Positions 1-11,694 are shown, counted from the stretch's first letter. The stretch: DNA of 64,000 bases from Octopus bimaculoides (GCF_001194135.2 NC_068990.1:69503958-69567957), one strand, 5' to 3'. Notes: generated by a model not told the origin, from the letters alone. A program made the numbers and translations.

Positions 1-23
1 TATGTGTGTGTGTAATACATACT

Positions 24-426
24 CTTTTTACACTTTTCAGTCATTTGATTGTGGCCATGCTGGAGCACCACCTTTAGTCAAGCAAATTGACCCCAGGACT
101 TGTTCTTTGTAAGCCTAGTACTTATTCTATCTGTCCCTTTTGCCGAACCACTAAGTTACCGGGATGTAAACACACTAGCATCGGTTGTCAAGCGATGTTG
201 GGGGGACAAACGCAGACACACAAACATATACACACAAACACCTATATATATATACATATATACGATGGGGTTCTTTCAGTTTCCATCTACCAAATCCACT
301 CACAAGGCTTTGGTTGGCCCGAGGCTATAGTAGAAGACACTTGCCCAAGGTGCCACGCAGTGGAACTGAACCCAGAACCATGTTGTTGGTAAGCAAGCAA
401 CTTACCACACAGCCACTCCAGCACCT
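24..426 (-). mobile_element. tRNA-derived CORE-type SINE (family A), full-length
   Basis: Head GGCTGTGTGGTAAG...GGGTTCAGTTCCACTG (A/B boxes), CORE-like CCTTGGGCAAGTGTCTT, internal (TA/CA)n, tail TGACTGAAAAGTGTAAAA; many copies in the window. Confidence 0.85.
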
Positions 427-457
427 ATATACATAATATATATATACATATATATAT

Positions 458-603
458 ATATGGTTGGTGTTAGGAAGGGCATCCAGCTGTAGAAACTCTG
501 CCAAATCAGATTGGAGCCTGGTGTAATCATCTGGTTTCACCAGTCCTCAGTCAAATCGTCCAACCCATGCTAGCATGGAAAGCGGACGTTAAACGATGAT
601 GAT
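458..603 (+). mobile_element. RTE-type LINE 3' end with (GAT)n tail
   Basis: GTTAGGAAGGGCATCCAGCTGTAGAAAC...CCATGCTAGCATGGAAAGCGGACGTTAAACGATGATGAT; the same tail recurs at 14050-14426, 57368-57435 and 60835-61000. Confidence 0.75.
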
Positions 604-650
604 ATATATATATATATATGTATAATATTATATATATATTTATATAATAT

Positions 651-691
<41 letters not shown>

Positions 692-699
692 AATATATA

Positions 700-1804
700 T
701 ATATTACTGGATCAGGTAATGAAAGTCACAGAGCGGGTCATAGCCCAAATAATTAGAAAAAGAGTCAGTTTAGATGAGATGCAGTTTGGGTTCATGCCAG
801 GAAAAGCACCACTGATGCTATATTTCTGGTAAGACAGCTGCAGGAGAAATACCTAGCCAAAGATAAACCTCTGTACCTGGCTTTCATTGACATGGAGAAA
901 GCCTTTGACAGCTTTATCTGGTGGTCAATGAGGAAAAAAGGGATAAATGAACGGTTAGTGAAAGTTGTGCAAGCCATGCACAGGTGCGCTGTCAGTAAGG
1001 TGAGAGTTGGCAACGAGTACAGTGAAGAATTCCGGGTAGAGGTAGGGGTCCACCAAGGTTCAGTCCTCAGCCCCCTCCTATTTATCATAGTCCTCCAGGC
1101 GATAACACAGGAATTCAAGACAGGATACCCCTGGGAGCTCCTCTATGCTGATGATCTTGCCCTAATTGCTGAGTCACTATCAGAACTAGGAGAAATTTCA
1201 AGTGTGGAAGCAAGGACTAGAATCGAAGGGCCTTAGAGTCAACCTAGCTAAAATCATAGTCCTAATAAGTAAGAAGGTAGACAAAACACAAACCTCTTCA
1301 GGTAGATAGCCCTGCTCTATCTGTAGAAAAGGCGTAGGTAGAAACTCTATAAGATGTACCCAGTGTAAGCTATGGACACATAAGCGGTGCAGCAATATCA
1401 AAGGAAGGCCAACTAGGAAGATAGTTTTTGTATGTGGCAGATGCTCAGAAACAATAAATACTGAAAATGTGCAGAAAACAACTTTTGCCACATTCCAGAG
1501 AGAAAAACTAGAAGTGGTTGATAGCTTCCATTACCTAGGTGACCAAGTTAGTAGCGGGGGAGGGTGCGCTGAAAGTGTAGCTGCTAGAATAAGAATAGTC
1601 TGGGAAAAGTTCAGAGAGCTCTTACCTCTGCTGGTGACAAGGGGCCTCTTGCTCAGAGTAAAAGGCAGACTGTATGATGCATGTGTATGAACAGCCATGC
1701 TACATGACAGTGAAACATGGGCCGTGACTGCTGAGAACATGCGTAAGCTCACAAGAAATGAAGCCAGTATGCTCCGATGGATGTGTAATGTCAGTGTGCA
1801 TACT
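700..1804 (+). mobile_element. Degenerate RTE-clade LINE reverse transcriptase fragment
   Basis: QFGFMP, FIDMEKAFD, GVHQGSVLSPLLF, LLYADDLAL, VDSFHYLGD and SETW motifs, with frameshifts and stops; runs into a gap. Confidence 0.9.
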
Positions 1805-3259
1805 NNNNNNNNNNNNNNNNNNNNNNNNNNNNNNNNNNNNNNNNNNNNNNNNNNNNNNNNNNNNNNNNNNNNNNNNNNNNNNNNNNNNNNNNNNNNNNNN
1901 NNNNNNNNNNNNNNNNNNNNNNNNNNNNNNNNNNNNNNNNNNNNNAGACAATTGCACTAGTATGGTCATGTGGCCTTCAAGTTTTTTAAAAATATTTAAA
2001 AGAGGAAAAAAAAAAAAAAAACAGAGGCTCAGCATAAGAACTTTATTTTATGAAAAGATATTCAAATTGAATATCATCAATGTAAAAAATGATGAAAGCC
2101 CAGAAATTTTAAATTCAAAACAGCTGTTGGATGACAGAAAGGAAGATGTTAAGAACATAATGAACCTGAAGAAGTATCTCGTATTTATAGAAATATTTGT
2201 TATATTTATTGAAATATGTTAAGGTTGGTTGACTTTTGCAGAAAAAAAAACAGGTTGACATTTTAGTTATGTCAACTAAATTATGGCATATTCCTGGATT
2301 TTGTTGGATTAACCAATGCCATCTTGAAGGATCTAGGAAGTATATGATATACAACTATCTGCTGATTAAATATTTTTTCAGTACAAATAGGATATATACA
2401 TAACTAACTCTTTTAATGCTAACCTACTTGAGGCCATCTTATTTTGTGATATGAATTCTTGTTTCAAAGTGATCTAAACTAAAACTTACCATCAAAATTT
2501 AATATTGATTTGTGCTCCAAACATCAGCTTAATAATGACAAATTTATTTTACTAAATACTTCATTATTTTCTAAATTAATTGAAACAAAGGCAGTGTATT
2601 TCAACAGAAATATGTTAATAAAAGGGTGAAAGTGATCTAAAAAGTTAATTACAGTGATCTAAATATCTGAGATGAGTTGTGAATTAGGACTATAATTATT
2701 TTAAATCATTCTCATATTCACACTACCTCCCAATCAGTAAAATATAGGATTCCTTATGCAAGAATATATAAAATGTATCCAGGAATAAGATGCCTGGTAT
2801 GTGTTGTGCATGACTGGATCAAAATATAGTTTAGTTATAACTATTGCAAGAAAGTCACTCAAACACATTTGAATGGACTCGGGGTAGATGAGGTCCTAAA
2901 ACTCTTTAGCTGCTTAGAGAAGGTAATTCCATACAATTCCTGCATCCTGATAACTACTGGGTGCTTGTTGCACCAAACCAATACATGTTTGAAGACTGAG
3001 AAAGAGTGGGACTGACGCTACACTAATGATGCCAATTATAATGATAAACCCCTGCTGTCTTGTTGAGCATTAAAAAAAAAAAAATGGCTGAAGGAATAAA
3101 TTCCTACAGAAAATTCAGAGGGAGATATGTGGTACTTCCTGTGGCTCTATGGATACTGCAAATGTTTTGACTTGTCTTTATGGCATATCCATGAGTGGAG
3201 AAGTTGTAAGTATACTTGGGGATATTCTCATATATGAAAAACGCCTCATGTGTGTGTGT

Positions 3260-4235
3260 AGGCGCAGGCATAGTTGTGTGGTAAGAAGCTTACTTCCCAA
3301 TCATATGGTTCCAGGTTCAGTCCCACTGCATGGCACCTTGGGCAAATGTCTCCAACTATAGCCTCAGGCCTATCAAAGCCTTGTGAATGGATTTGGTAGA
3401 CAGAAACTGAAAGAAACTTATCGTATCTATGTGTGTGTCTTTGTTTGTCACCCCCATCACTGCTTGACAACCGGTGTTGGTGTGTTTATGTCCCCATAAT
3501 TTAGCAATTCAGTAAAAGAGACTGGTAGATTAAGTGCTAAGCTTTAAAAAAAGTCCTGGGGTCAGTTTGACTAAATCTCATCTGATCTAGGTCATTCCAT
3601 AGGACGTCCCATAGAGGTTTCAGTTGCACATACTATAGGAGTCACAGGGCACTGCTCCATGTGGTCCCGCAGTTTTCCATCTAATTAGGAATATTAGGGT
3701 CTCGTCCATTCTCTTGTATTCAAGATCCTCTGCATGACATCCTGCTAATTCAAAGTCAGGAATCTGATCTGTTAGGTCCTGCCGATAACTAAATCCACGC
3801 CCTGCTGCTGACGCTTCGATTTATTGCCATTAAGGTTTTGTCGGTCTCCTACCCTTCGACCTGGATGGCCTGGTAAGACCTGCCTGAAGATTTCTCTCCC
3901 TCCAGCATAGCTCTCTGAATCAATGGAGCACACAGGCACTTCACCGCGATAAGGTACTTGTTGAATTGGCTGTTGACTACACATTAGTTCTTCCGCCCTT
4001 TGCCGGGTCTTATTTTTCATCCCACAGGATGTCCAACAATCACCCTCCTCACCAAGCAAGCTTGATGGAGTTGCCAGTTTAGTTGCTGATGGCCTGACCA
4101 TGCGACAGGATGTACTGGGTTACATGTTACTAGTGGTGCTTGAGAGCAACCTGACAAGCTGTTTGACTAAAACCCTTCAAGTAGGTGCTCCAACATGGTC
4201 ACAGTCAACTGACTGAAACAAATAAAAGAAAAAAA
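3260..4235 (+). mobile_element. Family A SINE split by a 585-bp insertion
   Basis: SINE head and body at 3260-3575, tail resumes at 4172; GTTTGACTAAA duplicated at 3565-3575 and 4161-4171. Confidence 0.8.
3576..4160 (-). mobile_element. Non-autonomous RTE-derived element with an 11-bp TSD
   Basis: Contains ACCTTATCGCGGTGAAGTGCCTGTGTGCTCCATTGATTCAGAGAGCTATGC, resembling RTE/BovB 5' UTR sequence; no ORF; flanked by the TSD GTTTGACTAAA. Confidence 0.6.
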
Positions 4236-5954
4236 ATATATATATAATACAAAGAATATATATGCATGTATACACACATATATGTACATACTTACATCTA
4301 CATGTGTATATAGATGCATATCAAGGTACAGGACATTAGAACAATGAACTACAGACACCGGAACAAACACATAGGAAAACAGATAGCCACTTGGAATTAT
4401 TTCTTCGTCAGCTGCCTCTATTCTAACTAGACGTTTCGAATATATATATATATATATATATATTTACACACACAAAGACTTTTGTAGTTTCTGTCGATAA
4501 AACCCATTCACAAAGCTTCAGTCAGACAAGGGTTATCATAGAAACATTTGCCCAAAGTACTACACATTAAGACTGAACCCAAAAAGCAAGTGGTTGGGAA
4601 GCAAACTTCTTAACCACACAGTCATGCCTGCACCTGTTCCTATCAGCTTGTGTACACCTATAAATTATTATGCAAAATCAGCCTGTGTCAATTAGAATAA
4701 TCAGCCATTTAGGGAGAAAGGGTTTAAATATAGGCAGTGAGGTGGCAGCAATGCATTTGTAAAATACCATTCTCTGAAAGAGTGAACAAAATGTTTGGAA
4801 CCATTGATTCAGTGCTTCTCACAGAACATGGAGACTATTGTTATCTTGGGAATAGTAACATACATTCTTCTATTCTTAATCTCTTATTGATGAGATTGGA
4901 CCTTATTACATTTACTACAGTGTCCATAGGGTAACAATTAGGTTATTTATTATGTATACAGAATATCATATGGTCATAGTTGTACTCATCGCTATCGTTG
5001 GCTGATAGGTTGTGCACCACTAGACGTTTCTATTGAGGAACATTACAGCATCATAGCTTAAATAAAAAAAAATAAACTAAAAAACTTTGGCTTTTGAAGA
5101 TCTTAAAGCAACACAAAACAATGGAGAGAAAGGCCGGTCTACCTAAAGTTCAGATTTCCAAATGAACTAGTCATTAACATTAAGCTAATTAATATACTTT
5201 TCTCAAGACCAATGCCAACAACAGTATACCAGGAGAGTTGATACAGAACCAAAACTGGAATCAGGAAATGACATCATGATATAAACTGATATAAAACAGT
5301 AATATGTTTATATAATTAAAAAAATAAAATATTTGCCTTAAGATTACTTAATATTATTTAAGATTTATTTGATTTTAGTTTAAGTTTTATTCTCAGAAAA
5401 TATTTTTTCCACAACTTGGGAGGTTATATGTAAAATAGGTTGCATTTAATGGAAGTCGCGCAGAATGTTTATATATTGATATATAATATTTCTACTGATG
5501 ATTACTTCCCTTAGATCATGAAACAAATAAAAATGACGGCTCGCACGCGCTCTCACTAAAATTCCTGTTCATTCATTCCATGCTAGCAAAGATTAAATGT
5601 AAAGATAATGGAGGCAGGATTTTTACAGTGGATGCCTTTTCTGTTGCTAACCCTAACCTATAGTTCTTTACAGATTGTAAACATTCACACAAGCAAACAC
5701 ACACAGAGATCTAAACAGTGGTTATATGCACCACAACTTTCACCTACATGCACACACACACACGCACACGCACTAGGCTTCTTTCAGTTTCAGTCCCACA
5801 AGACATTTGTTGACCTTGGAGCTTCAGTAGAAGACACTTGCCCAAAGTGGTACACAGTGAGACTGGATCCAATGCTATGCAGTTGAGAAGAAAAATTCTT
5901 AACTACACAGCCATACCTACACACACACACACACACATTCTACTACACTCCTCT

Positions 5955-6000
<46 letters not shown>

Positions 6001-6414
6001 CAAATTCTACTACACTTCTCTTGCCATCTCCTCACTCCTGCACCTTCCTTGCACACAGTATGAATACACATACACAACCCTCCCCCTTTATACCCATTTC
6101 ATTACATGAATACACTCCAATACTTGCTCACGTCCCTAGCTCTCCTCCCATTTTACCCACATCCAATATGAATTGCATTCGTATCTGAGCTCAAACATCC
6201 TCAATTCAATTTGGGTCTTTTTCTTCCACTTCCATTGTCTCTTTTATCCTCCTCCTATACTTTATTCTTTTTTTTTGTATATTTCTTCCGATGAATGACT
6301 AGCATCCAAAACGTCCAGAATCTTTTATTTCTTTTTAAGCATTAAGCTAATGCATTTGCTAAAACTCATCCTTCTTGTATTGTCTTCTTTCATGATGTGC
6401 ATGTGTGTGTATAT

Positions 6415-6585
6415 TTCAAATTTTGACACAAGGCCAGCAATTTCAAGGGAGTAAGTTGATTACATTGATCCTGAAAGCATGAAAGGTAAATGAACCCTGG
6501 TGGAATTTAAACGCAGAACATAAAGACAGACAAAATGCCATTTTGCCTGGCATGCTAATGATTCTGTTAGCGCACCACTTTTATA
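6415..6585 (-). mobile_element. tRNA-derived SINE family B (degenerate)
   Basis: Reverse complement of the family B pattern (TTCTG(C/A)GTT(C/T)AAATTCC...CCTTTCAT...AATGTAATC...AAAATTTGAAA). Confidence 0.6.
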
Positions 6586-6858
6586 CATACATGTGTATGT
6601 AAAGAATATTAATATTAACCAACTGTAAAGCTATAATCGTTTTTTTTTTTTTTTGCAATGAATATATACACTGAACAGTCTTAATGGGTTTGGATGTGTG
6701 AATGGTTATATGTATTGGTGGTGGTGGTGGTAGGGACATAAAAACAAAATTTTAAAAATAAATAAAAACCTTTAATAAATAAGTTAAGATGGAGCCAATG
6801 TCATGAAATGGTGAAATAAATGATTCTTTTGAAAATTATGAAATGAGTTTTTTTCATC

Positions 6859-7760
6859 TTATGCTGAAGAATGAGGTTCATTTTGTTGTGGAATCAGTGA
6901 TTCTGTTCTCTCTAAGTTTTGTTCAGTGATATCAAAGTCAGGCGGTAAAGGAAAAGAGGAATGGGTTGCTGGTTGGGTGGAATTGGAAGAGTCCATTAAT
7001 ATAGCCAAAGATTGAGTTTGGTGCTGTCCTTGGTTCACAATGAGTGGAGTTTGGTTACTGACAGCTGTACACGTGTTGTCTGGGAGGACAAAAAGATCAT
7101 AAGCAGATTGACGTGACCATTTCCTACAGCATTTTATTCCAGAACATCGATAACTTGCTAAGTTGTCATTACATTTGAAAACGACCAAAACAGCTATGAT
7201 ACAGAGTGCAACTAAAATAGTGCAAATAACTATTGGAAGAACAGGAGGACCGGTTTCAATTTCATCTTGTTTATGGCCATTTGCCATATCTGTAACAATA
7301 CCAATGCAATTGGAAGTTAAAGAATTGGGATCCACAGCTTCTGTCAAACACTGATCCACAATATTAGTCCGAGCACAGAAATTATAATAGACACCAGATA
7401 TAAGATCTGAGATTTCATAAGTGAGGTTTGTGATTCCAGGAATCTTATAACACGTGTCGCTTTCATTGGTCCAGTATTGTAATGTATATTTCAAGTATGG
7501 ATCATATTGCCATTCCGATAGGTTAGAGTTCTGTAATGTTATCCGAAGCTCAACGCTGTATTCAGTGATTCTTCTGGGAGTCAGAACTAACAGGGACTCA
7601 CAGTGAGGGCCAATCCAACGGTCATGGCAGATACATTCTGCATGTTTGAGGACTCGGTCATCCACTTCAGACAAAAGAGTCTGACATTGACCTCTGTTTT
7701 CACAATGGAAATCTTCACAAGGGTCATCAGTAAGGGCAGTTTCATAAAATGTTAAATTTT
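6859..7760 (-). CDS. Terminal coding exon of a type I membrane protein: EGF-like domain + FN3 domain + TM helix + cytoplasmic tail
   Basis: Uninterrupted 300-codon frame. EGF: C-EDFH-C-ENRGQ-C-x16-C-I-C-HDRWIGPH-C-E. FN3 with YTLQY...TYEISDLISGVYYNFC...C-IGIVT. Hydrophobic segment PVLPIVICTILVALCIIAVLVVF. Acceptor tttctctcttcag| immediately before 7760 (phase 1). TAA stop at 6861-6859. Confidence 0.9.
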
Positions 7761-7869
7761 CTGAAGAGAGAAACAAAAGTTTTTGAAAACAAACATCTGT
7801 TCAATAAGAAGGATATCTATAGTTAAGTATTTTAATAGTTAAATATGGCTACATCTCCACATTAAGAGG

Positions 7870-8030
7870 TTACAGTTCCAGTACAAGGGACATGTGATTA
7901 GAATGGCACATGAAAGAATCACAAGATGGATTCTTCAATTTCAGCCAACCGACAGGAGACCTAGGGGTATACCAAGACTGAGATGGTTGGATAATATCCA
8001 CAGTCTCAGTTGGTCACACTCCCTATGGAG
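7870..8030 (+). mobile_element. RTE LINE 3' ORF fragment
   Basis: GHVIRMAHERITRWILQFQPTDRRPRGIPRLRWLDNI matches the RTE C-terminal GHVxRM...GRPxxRW motif. Confidence 0.7.
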
Positions 8031-8284
8031 GAGGTGCCTTACTCTAATATTCCAACAACCCTCTCAGAAAAAGTGAGCAGAGAAAATGGACAGATGGAAA
8101 TATGGTTAAGTTATATATTTTATAATACAAACTACTGATAGCATTTATAATTGAATCAATATAAAACAAAAAAAAAATGTGAAATGTTAGGATTTTCTTT
8201 TAGGTTAAAGCTGCTGAGAATATTGACATAAAAACTTCAGTTAAAAATCTATATGGTACACAAATCTATGATACAATTTCAGTT

Positions 8285-8590
8285 TACATGTGTAGCAAGC
8301 AAATTTTCAGTACAGATGCATATACATGCATTCAGTACAGATATGTAGCAAACTATACTTTTAATAGATATATAACAAACTATAGTTTTACTACAGATGT
8401 ATATATAGCATATTATACATTCAATGCAGATATATAGCAGGCTACAGTTTTAATACAGATGTATATATTTCAAGCTATACATTCAATGCAGATATAAAGC
8501 AAGCTATAGTTTTAATACATGATGTATATATTTTAAGCTATACATTCAACATGGATATATAGCAAGTTATAAACTCAATAGATACAGCTA
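8285..8590 (+). repeat. Degenerate ~28-32 bp minisatellite
   Basis: Units like TACAGATGTATATATAGCAAGCTATAGTTTTAA / CATTCAATGCAGATATA; similar units reappear at 11275-11335. Confidence 0.7.
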
Positions 8591-8640
8591 CTTCTCCACA
8601 TTAAAAGGTTACATATATATATAGTGGGTCATCCCATAAA

Positions 8641-10640
8641 TAAAGGGGCATTTTCCTTGCTTCTGCCATAATCTGTCTATCTTGTTTACTCTTGAAGAAG
8701 AAGAAGAAAAAAAAAAAGAAGGGAGAATAAGAAGGAATGTAGGTAGTATGATAGTAGTGAGGTGCTAGATGGCCAAGTGACCTAAAAGTGGCTCATTATG
8801 GATTATATCAGTGATTGGGACTGTTTTTTAATGAATTCTTAGGAGTGTATCATTTTTAATATTTGCGTATGAGTTTGTGTTATTCTAAGGCCGTGGTGGA
8901 TATGTCATTTGTTGTAGACGTGTTCAAAAGGGGTCTGCATTTTGTAATAAAGATAGGTTTCTTTATTAGCCACACAGGGCTCAACACAGAGGGNNNNNNN
9001 NNNNNNNNNNNNNNNNNNNNNNNNNNNNNNNNNNNNNNNNNNNNNNNNNNNNNNNNNNNNNNNNNNNNNNNNNNNNNNNNNNNNNNNNNNNNNNNNNNNN
9101 NNNNNNNNNNNNNNNNNNNNNNNNNNNNNNNNNNNNNNNNNNNNNNNNNNNNNNNNNNNNNNNNNNNNNNNNNNNNNNNNNNNNNNNNNNNNNNNNNNNN
9201 NNNNNNNNNNNNNNNNNNNNNNNNNNNNNNNNNNNNNNNNNNNNNNNNNNNNNNNNNNNNNNNNNNNNNNNNNNNNNNNNNNNNNNNNNNNNNNNNNNNN
9301 NNNNNNNNNNNNNNNNNNNNNNNNNNNNNNNNNNNNNNNNNNNNNNNNNNNNNNNNNNNNNNNNNNNNNNNNNNNNNNNNNNNNNNNNNNNNNNNNNNNN
9401 NNNNNNNNNNNNNNNNNNNNNNNNNNNNNNNNNNNNNNNNNNNNNNNNNNNNNNNNNNNNNNNNNNNNNNNNNNNNNNNNNNNNNNNNNNNNNNNNNNNN
9501 NNNNNNNNNNNNNNNNNNNNNNNNNNNNNNNNNNNNNNNNNNNNNNNNNNNNNNNNNNNNNNNNNNNNNNNNNNNNNNNNNNNNNNNNNNNNNNNNNNNN
9601 NNNNNNNNNNNNNNNNNNNNNNNNNNNNNNNNNNNNNNNNNNNNNNNNNNNNNNNNNNNNNNNNNNNNNNNNNNNNNNNNNNNNNNNNNNNNNNNNNNNN
9701 NNNNNNNNNNNNNNNNNNNNNNNNNNNNNNNNNNNNNNNNNNNNNNNNNNNNNNNNNNNNNNNNNNNNNNNNNNNNNNNNNNNNNNNNNNNNNNNNNNNN
9801 NNNNNNNNNNNNNNNNNNNNNNNNNNNNNNNNNNNNNNNNNNNNNNNNNNNNNNNNNNNNNNNNNNNNNNNNNNNNNNNNNNNNNNNNNACACTCACGGT
9901 GCCATTCGCCATTCCTCGGCCTCTTTTTGATCCACGACTGCAGCTCGGTCATGGAGACGAGCTGCGGGAAAGCGCGTCGCACAAAAGGCGACCACACCTG
10001 CTCACCGTCGTCTATGTAGAGCCGGAGATGTCGCAGTCTCAGCGCATGTCTGCGCATCATCAACCACGGCATGCCCAGCCCTCCTTTCAGCGGGTGTTGG
10101 CAACAAACGGATCGCTTCACCATCGGAACGCTTCCTTTCCACAAAAAGTGGAAGAGGATGCGCTCCATTTCGGTGTCTCTTTACTAATTCGTTGGCTACA
10201 GGTTGTATTCTCCCTGAATTGGTAGAGGGGAAAAATGAAGGCTAAGCCCACTGCTATAATCCATAACAAGCCACTTTTAGGTCACTTGACCATTAAACAC
10301 CTTACTACTATCATGCTACCTACATTCCTTCTTATTCTCCCTTCTCTTTCTTCTTCTTCCTCTCCACCACCTTCTTCTTAATTTTACCACTATTGCTGTT
10401 TAGAATTTTATAAACAAAACATTCAAAAGAAATTCAGTTACTACTACCATCCCACAACAGGTCACTTTCAGAGCACTTGACCATTTAACATTCTTATCTT
10501 CTTCCTCCTCCCCTTCTTCTTCTTCTTCTTCTCCTCCTCCTGTTTCTTCTTCCCTACCAAGAATTCACAATGACCTCAAATCCACAAGAGTAAACAAGAG
10601 ACAGAAACAGGCAGAAACAAGGAAAATGCCACTTGTATTT
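8641..10640. repeat. Long inverted repeat (foldback) enclosing a LINE insertion
   Basis: 8641-8810 is the reverse complement of 10250-10350 plus 10585-10635 (e.g. GCCACTTTTAGGTCACTTG, CCTACATTCCTTCTTATTCTCCCTTC, CAAGAGTAAACAAGA, GGAAAATGCC). The left end TA-GTGGGTCATCCCATAA looks like a Tc1/mariner TIR; a related motif occurs at 19935-19950. Confidence 0.7.
8958..10200 (-). mobile_element. 5'-truncated Tx1/L1-clade LINE spanning a gap
   Basis: ERILFHFLWKG...LKGGLGMP (thumb region); 3' end GCCCTGTGTGGCTAATAAAG on the far side of the gap, at a distance matching the copy at 62954-64000. Confidence 0.8.
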
Positions 10641-10710
10641 GAACTCTATGCAAATATTCTTTTAAAAAACTTTTCTTTTAATTTTTCCAAAATTTAATTG
10701 TTTTCCATAC

Positions 10711-10752
10711 TTACAGCTGAAAAAATCTCAACGACTGAAACCGGTACTGAAA
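10711..10752 (+). ncRNA. Minimal type I hammerhead-ribozyme relic (Penelope-associated type)
   Basis: TTACAG-CTGAAAA-AATC-TCAAC-GACT-GAAA-CCGG-TA-CTGAAA. Stem I CAG/CTG, stem II A(A)TC/GACT, palindromic stem III ACCGGT, GUA triplet; two G>A changes from canonical. Confidence 0.55.
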
Positions 10753-10850
10753 TGTTTTTTATAAAATTATTTGAGCATTTTCTACCTTGACTTTTTTTTT
10801 CCATATATACCAACTCATATGTTCCTTTTCAACCTTCTACATTATATATA

Positions 10851-10887
<37 letters not shown>

Positions 10888-11694
10888 NNNNNNNNNNNNN
10901 NNNNNNNNNNNNNNNNNNNNNNNNNNNNNNNNNNNNNNNNNNNNNNNNNNNNNNNNNNNNNNNNNNNNNNNNNNNNNNNNNNNNNNNNNNNNNNNNNNNN
11001 NNNNNNNNNNNNNNNNNNNGGCCGTCCACTCGTGACCAAGGAAGACCATTGCCGACCTTCAGGAACATTGTGCGCTCTAGGACTAACTTATATTTCGCAT
11101 TTGCGGCTCCATTGGTGGCTAATGAGCCTTGCTCTTGACAAGCATACACGACTGCAAACATTGCAGACCAAGCTTTCCCCATTCACTATACGAGCCGTGC
11201 ACTTTCACGCAGCTCGCTTAAGTTCTTCATGCTGGATACATGCACTCTCAAAAGTGTCGATCCCCTCCTTAACCTGTTATATATATAGCAACCTATAGCC
11301 TCAATGCAAATGTATACAAGCTATAGTTTTATTCAGCACATTATATCTTCTAAGTGGCTGTTGTTGCTTAGCTCCAGGCTGACTATGACTGAATAGAACT
11401 ATGGCCATCCTTCCTGCTTGTATATGAGGGTCCTACTTTCCAATATATTGTTCATTAATTATATGACACAATAATATCTGGAGAAAGTTTGACTGCTATT
11501 TCTAGCAGGTTATGTGAAAGTTAACAGGTAGGTCAGTTACTTAATATAACTGAGGTAAGTTAGTTCTGATTCATCTGATTGTTACTGCAGAAACGATTCT
11601 TTGAGTAGTAGAGTACTATTCTCAAATTCCTTTAGAGTGATGCTCCAGCACAACCGCTGTACACAAACTGAGAAATAATAAAAAGAATAGCTAC

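Noticed and set aside
2089-2170. Box C/D snoRNA-like ATGATGA...CTGA
   Set aside because: No terminal stem and no recognisable rRNA-complementary guide; such motifs occur by chance in AT-rich DNA.
7620-7722. EGF domain as an EGFR-ligand (TGF-alpha/spitz-like) precursor
   Set aside because: C1-C2 spacing is 4, not 7, the conserved Arg before C6 is missing, and an FN3 domain separates it from the TM.
8863-9930. Long ORFs in the track that span N gaps (also 19393-20937, 38279-38950, 50368-51330, 60925-61648)
   Set aside because: Their length comes from X residues and microsatellite translation; they are not genes.
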